Numbered from the stretch's first letter, positions 29,346-46,367 are shown. The stretch is DNA of 64,000 nt from the human T2T-CHM13v2.0 reference genome, Homo sapiens (GCF_009914755.1 NC_060937.1), one strand, 5' to 3'. Program-made: numbers and translations. The notes: generated from the letters alone by a model not told the origin.

Positions 29346-29594
29346 AACCTCTAAATATCCAACTCAACTAATATTTCAGTTACTTCCTATTTAGTACTAA
29401 GACTGAACTGAAAACCCACAAGAAAGTTTCATAATGATAGGTGGTAAATAGCAGTTAGTTCAGGAAGTAAGTAACAGATTATTATTTTTCTCCCAGTGGC
29501 AGGGTCACACTATTTTTAATGAATTTGGATAAATCTACCTGTGCAAAGCATATGTGTCCATACAGCAAGTGCATTAGGAATCACAGATAATACT

Positions 29595-30250
29595 TAGAAT
29601 CAAGGACTATAAGAATTGCAAAATGTCCTTAGATATCTTCCAGGCCAATCCTCTTTGTGATGCAAGAGTCCTTCCCACAATAGTTCTGATAAATAGTCAT
29701 GCATTTTCTACCTAAACACCTCCTGTAATGGCCCCTCTTTATCTCACCAGGAAGCTCAATCCATTTTTGGACCACTTTAATTTTCAGAATACTTTCTATA
29801 TTGGCTCAAATCTACTTCTTATAACATTTATCCATTGGTCCTGATTCTTCCTCTTGAAGAGGAGGAAGACAATAAATCTAATTTCTCTTCTTCCTTTAAC
29901 CTTGCAGATATTGGTGCATCATCAAATGTCCCGTAAGACTTCTCTTCTCCAAGTGAAGTTTTCTTAAGTTCTGTAATTGTTCTTCATATTCTGTGCATTC
30001 TGTTCCCCTTACTATCCTAGTCACTCTACTGTGCTTTAGTTTGTCCAGAAGTGAACACGAGAGTCCAGGTTTCCTTATCAGTGCGCATTTGAGCATGACT
30101 GGGCCCACATTACAATGAACACTCTACTTTAGTTTCTGAAGCCTGAGATTTCATTACCTTTTTTTTGGCAACCATGAAACTCTGCTGACACATATGGAAC
30201 TTTCAATTAATAAAAACCTCTAGGATTGTTTCCCTTGTACTGTTACTAAG
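29595..30250 (-). mobile_element. L3/CR1 LINE 3' end
   Basis: ORF 29896-30108 ends YEEQLQNLRKLHLEKRSLTGHLMMHQYLQG, matching the CR1 ORF2 C-terminus [27 protein letters not shown]. Confidence 0.8.
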
Positions 30251-32357
30251 CCTTTCTGGGATCTGGTTATACTGCTTATACCTTCTGAATGATGCTACAT
30301 GAAAAATTTCAAATCAACAACCATTGACCAACTATTTGATAATATTCATACTTGTAGATCAAAACTAGAATGTAATAGTGCCCATACCTGAAGGTCTAAA
30401 AAGTACTTTCCGATAGTTCTTATTATATTTATTTATTTTTCTCTGGGCATGAAGACAATCAGATTATAGTTAGCAAACAATTTAAAGACTAAAATTTTCA
30501 TAATTTATCTATTTATATCAGTATTGCTATTTAGAACACTGACCCTGCAAAGTTATATACCTAGTCCAACAATGCTTTCTTTGTTGGGTGATTAGGACAA
30601 TAACATTTTTGAGGGGTGCCTACTTAGTGCTTAGTATTCAAACCATTTTTCAAACTTCAACTTTCGAATTACATTTAAACCCAGTGCATGAACCACACAG
30701 AAACATTATTCTCACTATTTTCAGTCACATTTCTTCTTTTCGAGTCCAAGGTTCTAGTTTAGTGGTCTTGTCTCCTATGACCTTTAGTCACCTCCTGAAA
30801 TCAATTATATCCTCAATGATGGCTATTACTCCGTTCCCCCTTGAATATATTACTACATGTCCCCATGCAGGCCCCTGGAGCAGTCGTACCACTCAGATGG
30901 CCCAACAGCCTCACCAATGTCTTGCCTGCATCCTCTCTGTTTAAAAATAGGACTCCCAGAGATTCTACCTTGAGGCCCCAGATCCTGCCAAAAAGAGATT
31001 TGTTTCCTCCTCTGTTCTTAGACCAATTACCAAATAAAGCACTCCACAGAGAATCCAGATGAAATATTTCTCCACCCAGTTGGTAAGAAAAGTAATTAAA
31101 CCAACCTGCTGTGCTGAGCAGGCCTGCAGCAATGTAACACTTAGTTATAGCAACAGCCATAGATAGGAACTCAGCTGCAGGCTCCTGTCAGACCGATCTG
31201 GGCATTTCTAACCACTGTCCTTAGCAACGTTCACAAAGGGCCCCGTCTTAGACTCAGAAAGGCAGCTCACAGCCCTTAGGGGTATGGTTTGAGGTAAAAT
31301 AAAAAAATAAAAAATTTAAAAGCATGCATTAAGTGTGCTTCTCAGTCTGGCTGTTTGCAGAGCTTAGATAAATAAGAATAAGGGCCTACCTAGCTGGATC
31401 TAGCATTTGCTTGCTCTCAGAAGTTGCAGTGACAGGAGAAGAACTTTTGTTTGGCCAGATGTAGCCTTTGCTCTTATCAGCCACTCTTTCCCACCCTTGT
31501 TGGTACCATGAAGTTTAGGTAGCATATGACGTCTCCTAATAGAAATCACTACACATTCTGTAATCTGCAGTTCTTATTCAGGGCAATTCAAATCACTGTA
31601 ATTTCTTTCTACTAACCAGATTTTGCTGAAATTCTGGAAAACTATGGAATACTTTTTTTTTGTTTGAAAAATCAAGCAACACATATTTCGTTTCAAATGG
31701 TAGACTGAACGAAGTAGTATAACTCATTTTCCTATGTCATCGCATAAAATTTGGTTAAAAATCTACTTAATCTTTCTCATATTATTAGCAAATGAAAAGG
31801 AAGAAGAAATGTCAAGCTGTCTAGCTGCAACAAGGAATATATCGCATTTTGTCAATAATAGTAATAATAATGATGATTGTGGGGCTGATGACAGTAATGA
31901 TGCCATGGGTCTCTTTAGCTGGGAAAATTGACACAGTTGCATAGACTAGAGGTATGCAAGAAGTTAGTCTGAGTAATGTAAGTTTTAAAATTAGTGAAGC
32001 AAGAATTTTAATGATTTTAAAAAGGGTAGTACTAATACTGTGTATGTACAAAGCACTGTGAAATGTATAAAGCATTTTCACATTTCAACAAGGGATATTG
32101 AATCGATATTCCATAAGGGATATTGAAATGTGAAAAATCCCTTACTGAAAAGGGATTTTTCATTAAGGGATTTTGGAAAAGGAGGAAGCAGTGTTCAGAT
32201 GGATTAAGTGGCAAGACCTGGATTTGCTGTTCTGTGTGCCACCAATTCTCAATTCAGTAAAACTGACTCAGTCAATCCAAGTTTTCCTGATTTGGTAGAT
32301 TTATAAAAGCCTATATATTGAGCTCATCTGTGACATGCAGACTGTTTCTTAAAAAAA

Positions 32358-33138
32358 TTATTTTTTATTTTAATGGTTTTTGGGGAACAGGTGGTGTTTG
32401 GATACATGAATAAGTTCTTTAGTGATGATTTCTGAGATTTTGGTGCACCCATCACCCAAGCAGTGTACATTGTACCCAATGTGTAGTCTTTTATCCCTCA
32501 CTCTCCTCCCACCCTTTCCTCCGAGTTCCCAAAGTTTATTGTAACATTCTTGGTTTTCCATTCCTGAGTTAATTCACTTAGAATAATGATCTCCAATTCC
32601 ATCCAGGTTGCTGTGAATACCATTATTTCATTCCTTTATATGGCTGAGTAATACTCCATTATATCTATATATCTATATAGATATATAACATTTTCTTTAT
32701 CCACTCATTGATGGATGGACATTTGGGCTGGTTCCATATTTTTGCAATTGCAAATTGTGTTGCTATAAACAGGCATGTGCAAGTATCTTTTTCGTATAAT
32801 GACTTCTTTTCCTCTGGGTAGATGCCTAGTAGTGGAATTGCCGGATCAAATGGCAGATCCACTTTTAGTTCTTTAAGGAATCTCCACACTGTTTTCCATA
32901 GTGGTTGTACTAGTTTACATTCCCACCAACAGTGTGAAAGTGTTCCCTTTTCATCACATCCACACCAACATCTATTTTTTTTTTTTAAATGTTTTGATTA
33001 TGGCCATTCTTGCAGAAGTGAGGTGGTATTGCGTTGTGGTTTTGATTTTCATTTCTCTGATAATTAGTGATGTTGAGCATTTTTCCATATGTTTGTTGAC
33101 AATTTGTATATCTTCTTTTGAGAATTATCTATTCATGT
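32358..33138 (-). mobile_element. L1PB (L1PB1-like) 5'-truncated, with a small internal 3'UTR deletion
   Basis: TTTGGGGAACAGGTGGTGTTTGG..GATTTCTGAGATTTTGGTGCACCCATCACC. ORF 32665-32889 reads [36 protein letters not shown](C/T)AG(A/G)CT at 32329-32343 and 33136-33150. Confidence 0.93.
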
Positions 33139-34289
33139 GACATGTAGGCTCTTGATCCTAATGGTGACAAAAATATCTGTAATGGAGATGATATATTAAT
33201 ATTTTTCAGATATATTTCTATTATAAATTTTGGTATCTTGGGGGCTTCTCAATTATTGAAACAATGAGCTCAAAAGACCAATGTAAAAAGCTTTTCTAAA
33301 TCTCTGTAGCCTCTCAGTGATATGGTCTGGAGGACTCAGATTATTTAGTTTTTTCTAGAAATGTTCAGAAGATTCCTGCTCTGCCTCTGTAGGCTGAACC
33401 AAAGGTCCTCCTGGATAGAAGAAAGACATGATGTTGAGGAAAATGAACAGTTTTCCCTTCTATTCTGAGAAGATTATGGAAATAAGATGGTCAGGTGTCG
33501 GAGCCCTTGTTTTTCTTTTCTTAGGGTCCAACTTGGGATAGGGAAGGGACTGTGGGTTTAGAAAGCAGTATCTGTATTGGTATGGATGGTCTGCAGAAAC
33601 CTTTGCTCCTTTGAGCTACTGTAGTGAAGACTCAAGCCCTTAGGGAAATCATAGGTGTAGGCTTGGCACCGTGGCCATCATGGTGCCTGAGTGAGTGTAG
33701 GTGGTACCAGGAGCCCAGGTCTGCCATTCTGGACCCCAGGGACTTATGTAACTCCAAGTCCCAAGGAGGAGAGGTGGAGATGCTGAGGGCCCTGGTGAAC
33801 CAGCAGAGGCCCTCATGCAGGAGAGAGTTCATTTTGGGTGAGGACTTAAAGATGAGAATAAATAGCTCGGATCTTGGGTTCCAGCAGTCGGTGCCAGCAC
33901 ATGATCTCAAATGGCCAGACAGGTCCATTTGTTCCTCTGTGGTCAGCAGTTCAGGGAGAAACTCAGTCTGGCTCCTCTGCAGCAGAGGCCCAGTGAGAAT
34001 TCAGATGACCAGGTGAAGCTCTGAGGACCCCCTTTCTTCCTCTATCACGCCATCATTAATGAGCGTACCTGGCCCCTCCAACCAGTCACCTTCTTGAATT
34101 GGAGGATGGGGAGGGAAAGATTTTACACAAATAGATCAAGCAATTAATTAAAGAGACTGCCATAATTATTGCATCAGATCAAGGTTGATGGATTGAAAAA
34201 GCATTTTATATTATTTTTTCCAGGTTTGCTCTGGGGGTTTAGGCTTTGTGAGGATGATCAGATGAGTTACGTAGAGAAAGTAGAAATTT

Positions 34290-34864
34290 CCATATTTGAT
34301 CAAAGTTAAGATACAATTGATTATTAGAAGAACCTTTGTTTTATCAATTACTGAGAAAGAAAAAAGTTACCATATTAGTCAGGGTTCAAGCAAAGACAGA
34401 GAACTAGTAGGAGCTATGTATTAAGAGATATATTGCAAGGAGTTGGCTTATATGATTGTGGGGGGTGGTTAGGCAAGTCTGAAATCCAAAGGGTAGGTCA
34501 CTAGGAAGGGCAGGCTGAGACTCCCAGGCATGAGTCCATAGGCAAAATTCCTCTTTCACCAGGGAAGTCTCAACTCTGCACTTAAGGCTTTGCAACAGAT
34601 CGAATCAGGCCCACCAAAACTGTCTAGGATAATCTTCCTTACTTATAGGCAACTGATTATGGACTTTAATCACATCTACAAATACCTTCAATGCAACACT
34701 TAGATTAGTATTTGATTGAATAGCTGGAGACTGTAGCCTAGTCAATTTGACACAAAAACTGACCATCACAGCTACCAATTAAACTATGGCAAGTTCTGGT
34801 GAGACATATTTCAATTTTAGAGGTGTTAAAATGTAAAAAAAATTTAGAGTTTATGACATGTGGT
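34290..34864. mobile_element. MER104-like (TcMar-Tc2) element split by MLT2D
   Basis: Left part CCATATTTGATCAAAGTTAAGA...GAAAGAAAAAAG, right part CCAATTAAA...TTTTAGAGGTGTTAAAATGTAAAAAAA...TGG. The halves join into one recalled MER104 consensus. Confidence 0.6.
34371..34770 (-). mobile_element. Solo MLT2D-like ERVL LTR
   Basis: TATTAGTCAGGGTTC...GCAAGGAGTTGGCTTATATGATTGTGG..GGCAAGTCTGAAATCC...TTGACACAAAAACTGACCATCACA. 5-bp TSD GTTAC/GCTAC. Confidence 0.88.
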
Positions 34865-34989
34865 ACATTTTCTGGGTATAGCGCAAGTAATTGAGAACTG
34901 TATTACCTAACTTTATTTAGTAATTCTGGGGATTAGTAGTGATTTTGTAATCTTGTAATGACTTGTAATTCTAGAGATTGGTAGTAATT

Positions 34990-35090
34990 ACAACTACCCC
35001 TTTGCAGAGAGAAAGCCTGAGTACCAAGAAAGGGAAGTCACTTCCTGAGGATTACATCAGGCAGGGCTAGAATTAGGATCCTGTTTTCCA
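34990..35090 (-). mobile_element. MIR fragment
   Basis: CCCTTTGCAGAGAGAAAGCCTGAGTACCAAGAAAGGGAAGTCACTTCCTGAGGATTACA. Confidence 0.6.
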
Positions 35091-35399
35091 CCCCCATGTT
35101 CTTTCAGTCCAGATCCCTATATTTTATTAGAATCACAGGCAAAGAAGATTGGTGGAATGTGAATTGTGTTTCCCTGGCTGGTGTCCCTGATCACCTGAGA
35201 GTTCCAAAGTGTGTAAAATGATTTCGTGGAGCCTGATGGAAAGTCTGCATTTCATCTGAGGCAAAGTTTCATGGGCTAAATAAGATGTTAAGTTGCTTTG
35301 CTTTTGGCCAGAGTTTTATGTAGTCCCTTTGGTCACTTTTCTGTCATATGCTCATCAGAAGCTGTGATGACCAGTTATTTAAGTTGTGTGGGTCATTCT

Positions 35400-35895
35400 C
35401 CTGCTTCCTCTCAAGTTCATTCTCTACCTTCCCTCATTTTGCATCAAAGGGAATTAACTTTCCTAGGGTTACTTGCCAATGACTTCTGAGTAGCTTCAGC
35501 GAATGGGAGGCACCAGAGGAAGCCTAGAGGGTGGGAGAAGGGAGAAGCCAGGGAGTGAGTGGCTCCCTTCTTGCTCTGCCCTGGGCTGGGTCTCCCTCAG
35601 TGGCTGTGTTTCTGCAGTGGCTCTAACTTTGCTTGGATAGTCACTGCCTCCACAGTCCCATCCCACCAGGCAGCCTCCACCATAGTTCTGGCTCCCACTG
35701 ATGGTCGTGGCTTTTGGAAGGCAATAGCAACGTCTCCTCTCATTGTTCCTTCGGCTCTAGGAATGGCAATGGCTTTCTGCTCTTGTCTCGCCACTCCTTA
35801 GGGACTCTTTCAGGTCTCCCATCACTTGCATAATGAATTCCTCATAGCAAATTTCCTGTATTTGGAATAGCTATAGTGGTCCCATGTTCCTGATA
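35400..35895. mobile_element. ERVL LTR fragment (LTR33/LTR41-like)
   Basis: TTCAGCGAATGGGAGGCACCAGAGGAAGCCTAGAGGGTGGGAGAAGGGAGAAGCCAGGG...CAGTGGCTGTGTTTCT. Confidence 0.55.
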
Positions 35896-35992
35896 TGTAG
35901 GATTAAAAAATTAATTATTCTGGGAAAAGTAAATCAGTTATTACTTGAGAGATACACATTTGGGTAGATACCATCATTCAAAACATGGCTTC

Positions 35993-36571
35993 TGTGTTAG
36001 GCTGTTTTTGTGTTGCTATAAAGAAATATCCATCTGGGTAATTTATAAAGAAAAGAGGTTTAATTGGCTCATGGTTCTGCAGGCTTTACAGGAAGCATGT
36101 CTCCAGCATCTACTTCTGGTGAGGTCTCAGGAAGCTTGCAATCATGGTATAAGGTGATGGGAAGCCAGTGTGTCACATGGGGAGAGCGAGAGCAAGAGGT
36201 AGGGGGAAGGTCCCAGACTTTTAAACAACCAGATCTCATGTGTACTAACTGAAGGCTTCCTTGCAATTCCTTAAAAAAGAATAGAATTGATTGCCATTTG
36301 AGAGCATGTGGACTGTTTGAAGGGAGGGCTAGAATTTGCTGTTCAATGTTTAGCACATTCTGGGAGCCTAGTAAGCACTGATTCGAGGAATCCAAGTCTT
36401 CCAGACTCATAAGCCATTCGTGAGTCATGTTATCACCAAGGAAATGGAGCTAAACCATTCCTGAGGGATCTGCCCCCATGATCCAGTCACCTCACAACAG
36501 GCCCCATCTCCAACACTGGGGATTACATTTTAACATGAGATTTGGGGGGGACAAACATCCAAACCATATCA
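35993..36571 (-). mobile_element. Solo MSTB-like MaLR LTR carrying a foreign ~175-bp insert
   Basis: TGTGTTAGGCTG...TTGCTATAAAGAAATA..AAAGAGGTTTAATTGGCTCATGGTTCTGCAGGC...GGGGACAAACATCCAAACCATATCA. Perfect 5-bp TSD GCTTC at 35988-35992 and 36572-36576. Confidence 0.93.
36260..36425 (+). repeat. Dispersed direct duplication, copy A (inside the MSTB LTR)
   Basis: 166 bp, ungapped, 8 mismatches (counted by eye) versus 37498-37663. Confidence 0.97.
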
Positions 36572-36769
36572 GCTTCCAAGAGGAAAAATATGAAAAAGAA
36601 GAAAAGGGACCTTGGCAGTGAAAGGGCTGTAGAGGCACATATGGTAGTGCTGAAGGGAGCCTTAGCAGCCACCAGAGAAATAGGGGTACTTGTCCTGGGT
36701 CACTTAGCAGTTCATAAATGAACAACCAGGACCAGAATGCAGTTGTTTTTGCCTCCAGCCACATATTAC

Positions 36770-36990
36770 ATAGCACAGTTGGAAGCATTTGGAATCAGAG
36801 AGAACCAAGTTAAAAATCCCAGCTCCACTGTGCGTTTCCTCTGTGACTTCAGGCAAGCCTCTTACTGTCTCTGAATGTCAGTGTTCTCATCTTGAAATTG
36901 AAACTAAACTTCCCAGTGTTCATGAAACTGTAAGGAGTCACTTGTAAGTGTACTTGGTGGAGTGTTTGGCCAGAGTAGCCACTAAATATG
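36770..36990 (+). mobile_element. MIR
   Basis: TTTGGAATCAGAGAGAACC..AAATCCCAGCTCCAC..CTGTGACTTCAGGCAAG..TCTCTGAATGTCAGTGTTCTCATCT. Confidence 0.75.
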
Positions 36991-37089
36991 TTACATTTCC
37001 TTCCTCCCATTCAGGACTTTTCTATAACACTATCCAGGAACAATTAAAATTTCCAAGAAGGTAGTTTCTTTCTTTTTTAAACTTTCTTA

Positions 37090-37479
<390 letters not shown>

Positions 37480-37497
37480 TCAATGCTTTAAAAAAAT

Positions 37498-37663
37498 CTT
37501 GCAATTCCTTAAAAAAGAATAGAATTCATTGCCATTTGAGAGCAAGTGGACTGTTTGAAGGGAGGGCTAGAATTTGCTGTTCAATGTTTGGCACATTCTG
37601 GGAGCCTGGTAAACACTGATTCAAGGAGTCCAAGTCTTCCAGACTCATAAGCCATTTGTGAGT
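37498..37663 (+). repeat. Dispersed direct duplication, copy B (presumed source)
   Basis: Matches 36260-36425 and is continuous with the unique sequence downstream. Confidence 0.97.
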
Positions 37664-39129
37664 TAAAACAAGCCTCCTTTGAAGTGCTTGGACATCCTTC
37701 TCTACACTATCTTTAGTTGCCATTTTGCCCCTTACATTACAGTAAGAAGTACATTTGTATGGAGTTATACATGCCACAGGCCTGCTCTAGGACACTTGGC
37801 AATCAGCAATCGTTCAGACCTGCTTTCCTTCATTTTCCTTATTGGTTCCAGGTTGAACATAGGTCTTGTTACCGTTCAAGGGCCTGCTCCTATGGGCCCA
37901 TGCCCCAGGAGCCCTAAGCCTTTTGGCCCAGTTGAAAAGCTGAGTTACATGAGAAGGTGACAGCCTCATAATGGCCCGTGTTCCAGCCCCAGCATTGTTA
38001 CCCCCTACAATGCTGTTGTAGGAGTGTAAAGAAGCAGTCGCTTAGACTCCTAAATGCAGTTCTTCTCTCTCGAGACCACCTTGGATTGGAGAACACCCAA
38101 ATGAGCAGGATTGCTTTTGCTTTCAAAAGAGTGATACCTGGAGCACAGGTATCCACCTCCCCCCATATCCCATGCTTTGAAAACTATGTTGTATTAGTGT
38201 TTTATTAACTGTGCTTGAATATTGGGCATCCTCCTATATTGCACCTTGATATTCTTGGCTGTATATAAAGAGTTGCTTCACTTTTAAGGAAGGTGGACTT
38301 AAAAGTTTATTGTTTGTGTTGTGATTTCCTTTCAAGTAGTTCCACTCTGTGTAACAATGATGCAAAGCAGGCGGAGAGCTGACCTAGGGCTTTCAAGTGG
38401 GGCAGAGGTAAGCAAAGAGATTTTTCCCTGATTAATGCTATCAGTTTAATTTTGTTGAATAAATGGGTGGAATTAGGTTGAGGAGTGTAGGTTCTTGCCA
38501 GATCCACCAGAAAAGGTGGTAGATATAGTTATAATTAGAGTAGTAATCAGAAGGGTTTAAATTCTGTGCAGATTGCTTTAACTCTCCATTTTAACATGTT
38601 TTTTTTTTTTCTTCCCTAGCAGATTACCAGAAATGGGGTTTCAGAAATGCAGTTCTAAGCATGACCTGGGGTGATGGGGCGCCTCTATTTATGGCAAATG
38701 GCTTTGACTTCTGTGGGACTGGGTCATATTGTTACAGCTGCAAGACTAAAAAGCATTTGAATGATTATATTTTGATTAGAATTCTTCCTACACTTTTAAG
38801 GAACATGGAAACTTCAGTCTCTTTTTCTCTCTCAATCTCTCTCTTTACTTTCTCTCATTCTATTTCTCTTCTACTTTCCCACATCCCCTTTTTGGAGACT
38901 GTGTTGTACTAATCTTTTTTTTCTTTTAATTATACTTTAAGTTCTGGGATACATGTGCAGAATGTGAAGGTTTGTTACATAGGTATACACGTGCCATGGT
39001 GGTTTGCTGCACCCATCAACCTGTCATCTACATTAGGTGTTTTTCCTAATGCTATCCCTTCCCTAGCTTCCCATCCCCCGACAGGCCTCGGTGTGTGATG
39101 TTCCCCCTCCCTGTGTCCATGTGTTCTCA

Positions 39130-43010
<3,881 letters not shown>

Positions 43011-43073
43011 TATGATGCTAGCTGGTTATTTTTACCATTAGTTGTTGCAGTTTCTTCAAAATGTCGATGGTTT

Positions 43074-43954
43074 TTACAATTTGATATGTTTTTGCAGTGG
43101 CTGGTACCAGTTTTTCCTTTCCATATTTAGTGCTTCCTTCAGGAGCTCTTGTAAGGCAGGCGTGGTGCTGACAAAATCTCTCAGCATTTGCTTGTCTGTA
43201 GAGGATTTTATTTCTCCTTCGCTTATGAAGCTGAGTTTGACTGGATATGAAATTCTGAGTTGAAAATACTTTTCTTTAAGAATGGTGAATATTGGCCTCC
43301 ACTCTCTTCTGGCTTGTAGGATTTCTGCAGAGAGAAGGAGAAGTCTGATGGGCTTCCCTTTGTGGGTAACCCAACCTTTCTCTCTGGCTGCCCTTAACAT
43401 TTTTTCCTTCATTTCAACCTTGGTGAATCTGACAATTATGTGTCTTGGGGTTGCTCTTCTCGAGGTGTGTCTTTGTGGTGTTCTCTGTACTTCCTGAATT
43501 TGAATGTTGGTCTGTCTCGTTAGGTTGGGGAAGTTCTCCTTGATAATATCCTGAAGTGTGTTTTCCAGCTTGGTTCCATTCTCCCCATCACTTTCAGGTA
43601 CACCAATCAAGTGTAAGTTTGGTCTTTTCAGATAGTCTTATATTTCTGGAAGGTTTTATTTGTTCCTTTTTATTCTTATTTCTCTAATCTTGTCTTCATG
43701 CTTTATTTTATTAAGTTGATCTTTAGTCTCTGATATCCTTTCTTCTGCTTGATTGATTGGCTGTTGATACTTGTGCATGATTCACAAAGTTCTCATGCTG
43801 CGTTTTTCAGCTCCATCAAGTCATTTATGTTCTTCTCCAAACTGGTTATTCTAGTTAGCAATTCCTCTAACCATTTTTTAAGGTTCTTAGCTTCCTTGCT
43901 TTGGGTTAGAACAGGCTCCTTTAGCTCAGAGGAGTTTGTTATTACCCACTTTCT
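43074..43954 (-). pseudogene. Disrupted, N-terminally truncated L1 ORF1
   Basis: ORFs 43074-43610 and 43793-43987 match the L1 ORF1p coiled-coil, RRM and CTD. Confidence 0.92.
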
Positions 43955-45906
43955 TTCCATTATCTTATTTAAGCAATGCAACAACATTTTGAGATAAGAA
44001 TTTATATTAGTGTATGGGACATATAGATCAAGTGCTTAGCACACATGCCCATATACATGTACACACACATCCCCATGCCGCTGATAGAATTTTTCAATTT
44101 AAATAACTGAAATGGCAGTGAAATACCCCAATTTTCAGCCTATAAGGCTATTGGGCATTTTTGTTTTGGCATGGCAAAATAATCCCAATATAGCCCATCT
44201 TTCCCACTGATTACAACTATAAACTCTGGACAAAATACAAACAAAACAAAATACTATCTGAGGATTTTGAAAAGTAAACCGAAACAGGCAGATTGTTGAA
44301 GAGGGTCAAAACTTGGACAAGTAACCACTGGTGGTGAGTTTCACATTTTTTCCATTCTTTCTTAACAGCTGTACCCAAAGGGTTCTCATTATGGAGCAGC
44401 GAGGGAATGGTGGCAGCGTGGGCAGATAAAATCTCAATAGAAACCCAGTCCTACTGGCTAGAGTAACTAAGAAAAGGGGCTCTAGGGGGATGGAGAGTGA
44501 GGAGAGAATACCAGAGTGGAGAGAACTGGAGAAAAAATTCCCAATTCTGTATATGAATCTGCACAAGTCTCAGGCTCATTCTCAAAGAAAAAGAGGAGTA
44601 ATAGATGCAACTAGCATAGTACAGGTTTTGACAACCAAACTGAGGTTTGAACCACTGCCCACAGATGGCAAGATAGAACTTGCAGTCTAAGCCTAAACAG
44701 TTGATTGCCATAAAACAAGAACATCAACATTCTACAGAGGATTATAATAGGATCCAGTGCCTGTAAAATGTAAATCCACAATGCCCAGATACCATTCCAA
44801 AGTTATATGACATATAAAAAAGCAGAAAAATGTGTTCACATTTTTACCCCAGTGGAAAAGATAATCAACATATGACCAGATCAAGGTGACCCAGATGTTG
44901 GAATCATCAGACACAGGCTTTAAAATAGCTATTATAGCTGCATACCATGGAGTAAGGAATCCATCCTTGAAATGTATGAGAAGATAGAAGTGGATATCTT
45001 AAAACTGCAAAAGAATAAAATGAAAAATTTAGAACTGAAAAATGCAGTATCTGAAAACTGGATGGGCTGAATAGCAAAATGAAAATATAGAAGAAACACC
45101 CCAGTGAACTTAAGAATAGATCAATAGAAGTTATCCAATCTGAAGAACAGAGAAAAAATATTGAAAAAGAGGAACACAACCTTAGCGACCTGTAGCATAA
45201 TATCAATAGGTGTCACTGGAATCTCAGAAGGAAAGGAGAAGAAGACTGGGATAGACAAATATATCTGAAGGAATAATGGCCAGCATTTTTCTCAAATTTG
45301 GTAAAAGACACAATTTACAGATCCAAGAAGCTCCATGAACCCTGAACAGGATAAAATCAAAGAATATGATACCTGATACTCATGGAAATAAAAGCTATAA
45401 AAACCAATGATGAATTTTAAAATCCTGAAAGACATTAGAGAAAAAAAGCACATTACATTCAGAGGACCAGTCATTCAGATGACTGCAGATTTCTCATCAG
45501 AAGCCATGGAAGGCCAGAAGACAGTCAAACAGCATCTTGAAAGTGCTGCAAGAAGAGAACTGTTAACTTAAAATTCTTCATTCAGTGGGTATGTCTTCCA
45601 GGAATGAAAGCAAAATAAAGACATTCTCAGATTAAAAAATTTAACAGAATATATTGCCAGGAAATCAGCATTATGAGAAATGCTAAAGTAAGTTCTTCAA
45701 GCTGATAGGAAATGATACCAGAGCAAACCTTGGATCTTCAGGAATGAAAGAAGAGCAACAGAAATGGTAAATATTTTTCCCTGTGCTTAGGTACTACCAC
45801 TGAAAACAAATTTACATTTCTGGAGGGATTTTCAATATATGTAGATATAATACATATAACAGCCGTACCATAAAGGTTAGTTGAGGAGATAAAAGTTAAG
45901 GAGGTA

Positions 45907-46196
45907 GACCGGGCGTGGTGGCTTATGCCTGTAATCCCAGCACTTTGGGAGGCTGAGGCAGATAGATCACAAGGTCAAGAGATTGAGACCATCCTGGCCA
46001 ACAAGGTGAAAACCCCATCTCTACTAAAAATATAAAATTAGCTGGGCGTGGTGGCATGTGCCTGTAGTCCCAGATACTTGGGAGGCTGAGGCAGGAGAAT
46101 CGCTTGAACCTGAGAGGCGGAGGTTGCAGTGAAGCCAAGATTGCACCACTGCACTCCAGCCTGGTGAAGGAGTGAGATTCTGTAAAAAAAAAAAAA
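45907..46196 (+). mobile_element. AluSc
   Basis: GGTCAAGAGATTGAGACCATCCTGGCC diagnostic. TSD AAAAGTT(A/G)AGGAGGTA at 45891-45906 and 46193-46208. Confidence 0.95.
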
Positions 46197-46299
46197 GTTG
46201 AGGAGGTAAAAGTCTTATGGTTGTAAGACTTCTACAATTTACATAAAATGGTAGCATAGGAACTCTGTCTAGAATATGATATATGATATATATACCTGG

Positions 46300-46300
46300 G

Positions 46301-46367
<67 letters not shown>

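Noticed and set aside
32075-32175. Repeated AAGGGAT units as a CRISPR-like array or pre-miRNA
   Set aside because: Units are 7-13 bp, in mixed orientation with irregular spacing, in a eukaryotic context with no cas genes. The stems are too short for a canonical pre-miRNA.
32660-32690. 18-bp palindrome TATATCTATATAGATATA
   Set aside because: Lies at the usual (TA)n-prone position of the L1PB 3' end; low complexity makes palindromy trivial.
33624-34016. 130-aa ORF in a GC-richer segment
   Set aside because: Non-ATG start, no recognisable domain, no convincing flanking splice sites.
45878-46212. Three copies of AGTT(G/A)AGGAG(G/A)TA
   Set aside because: Explained by the AluSc TSD plus a small pre-existing tandem duplication.
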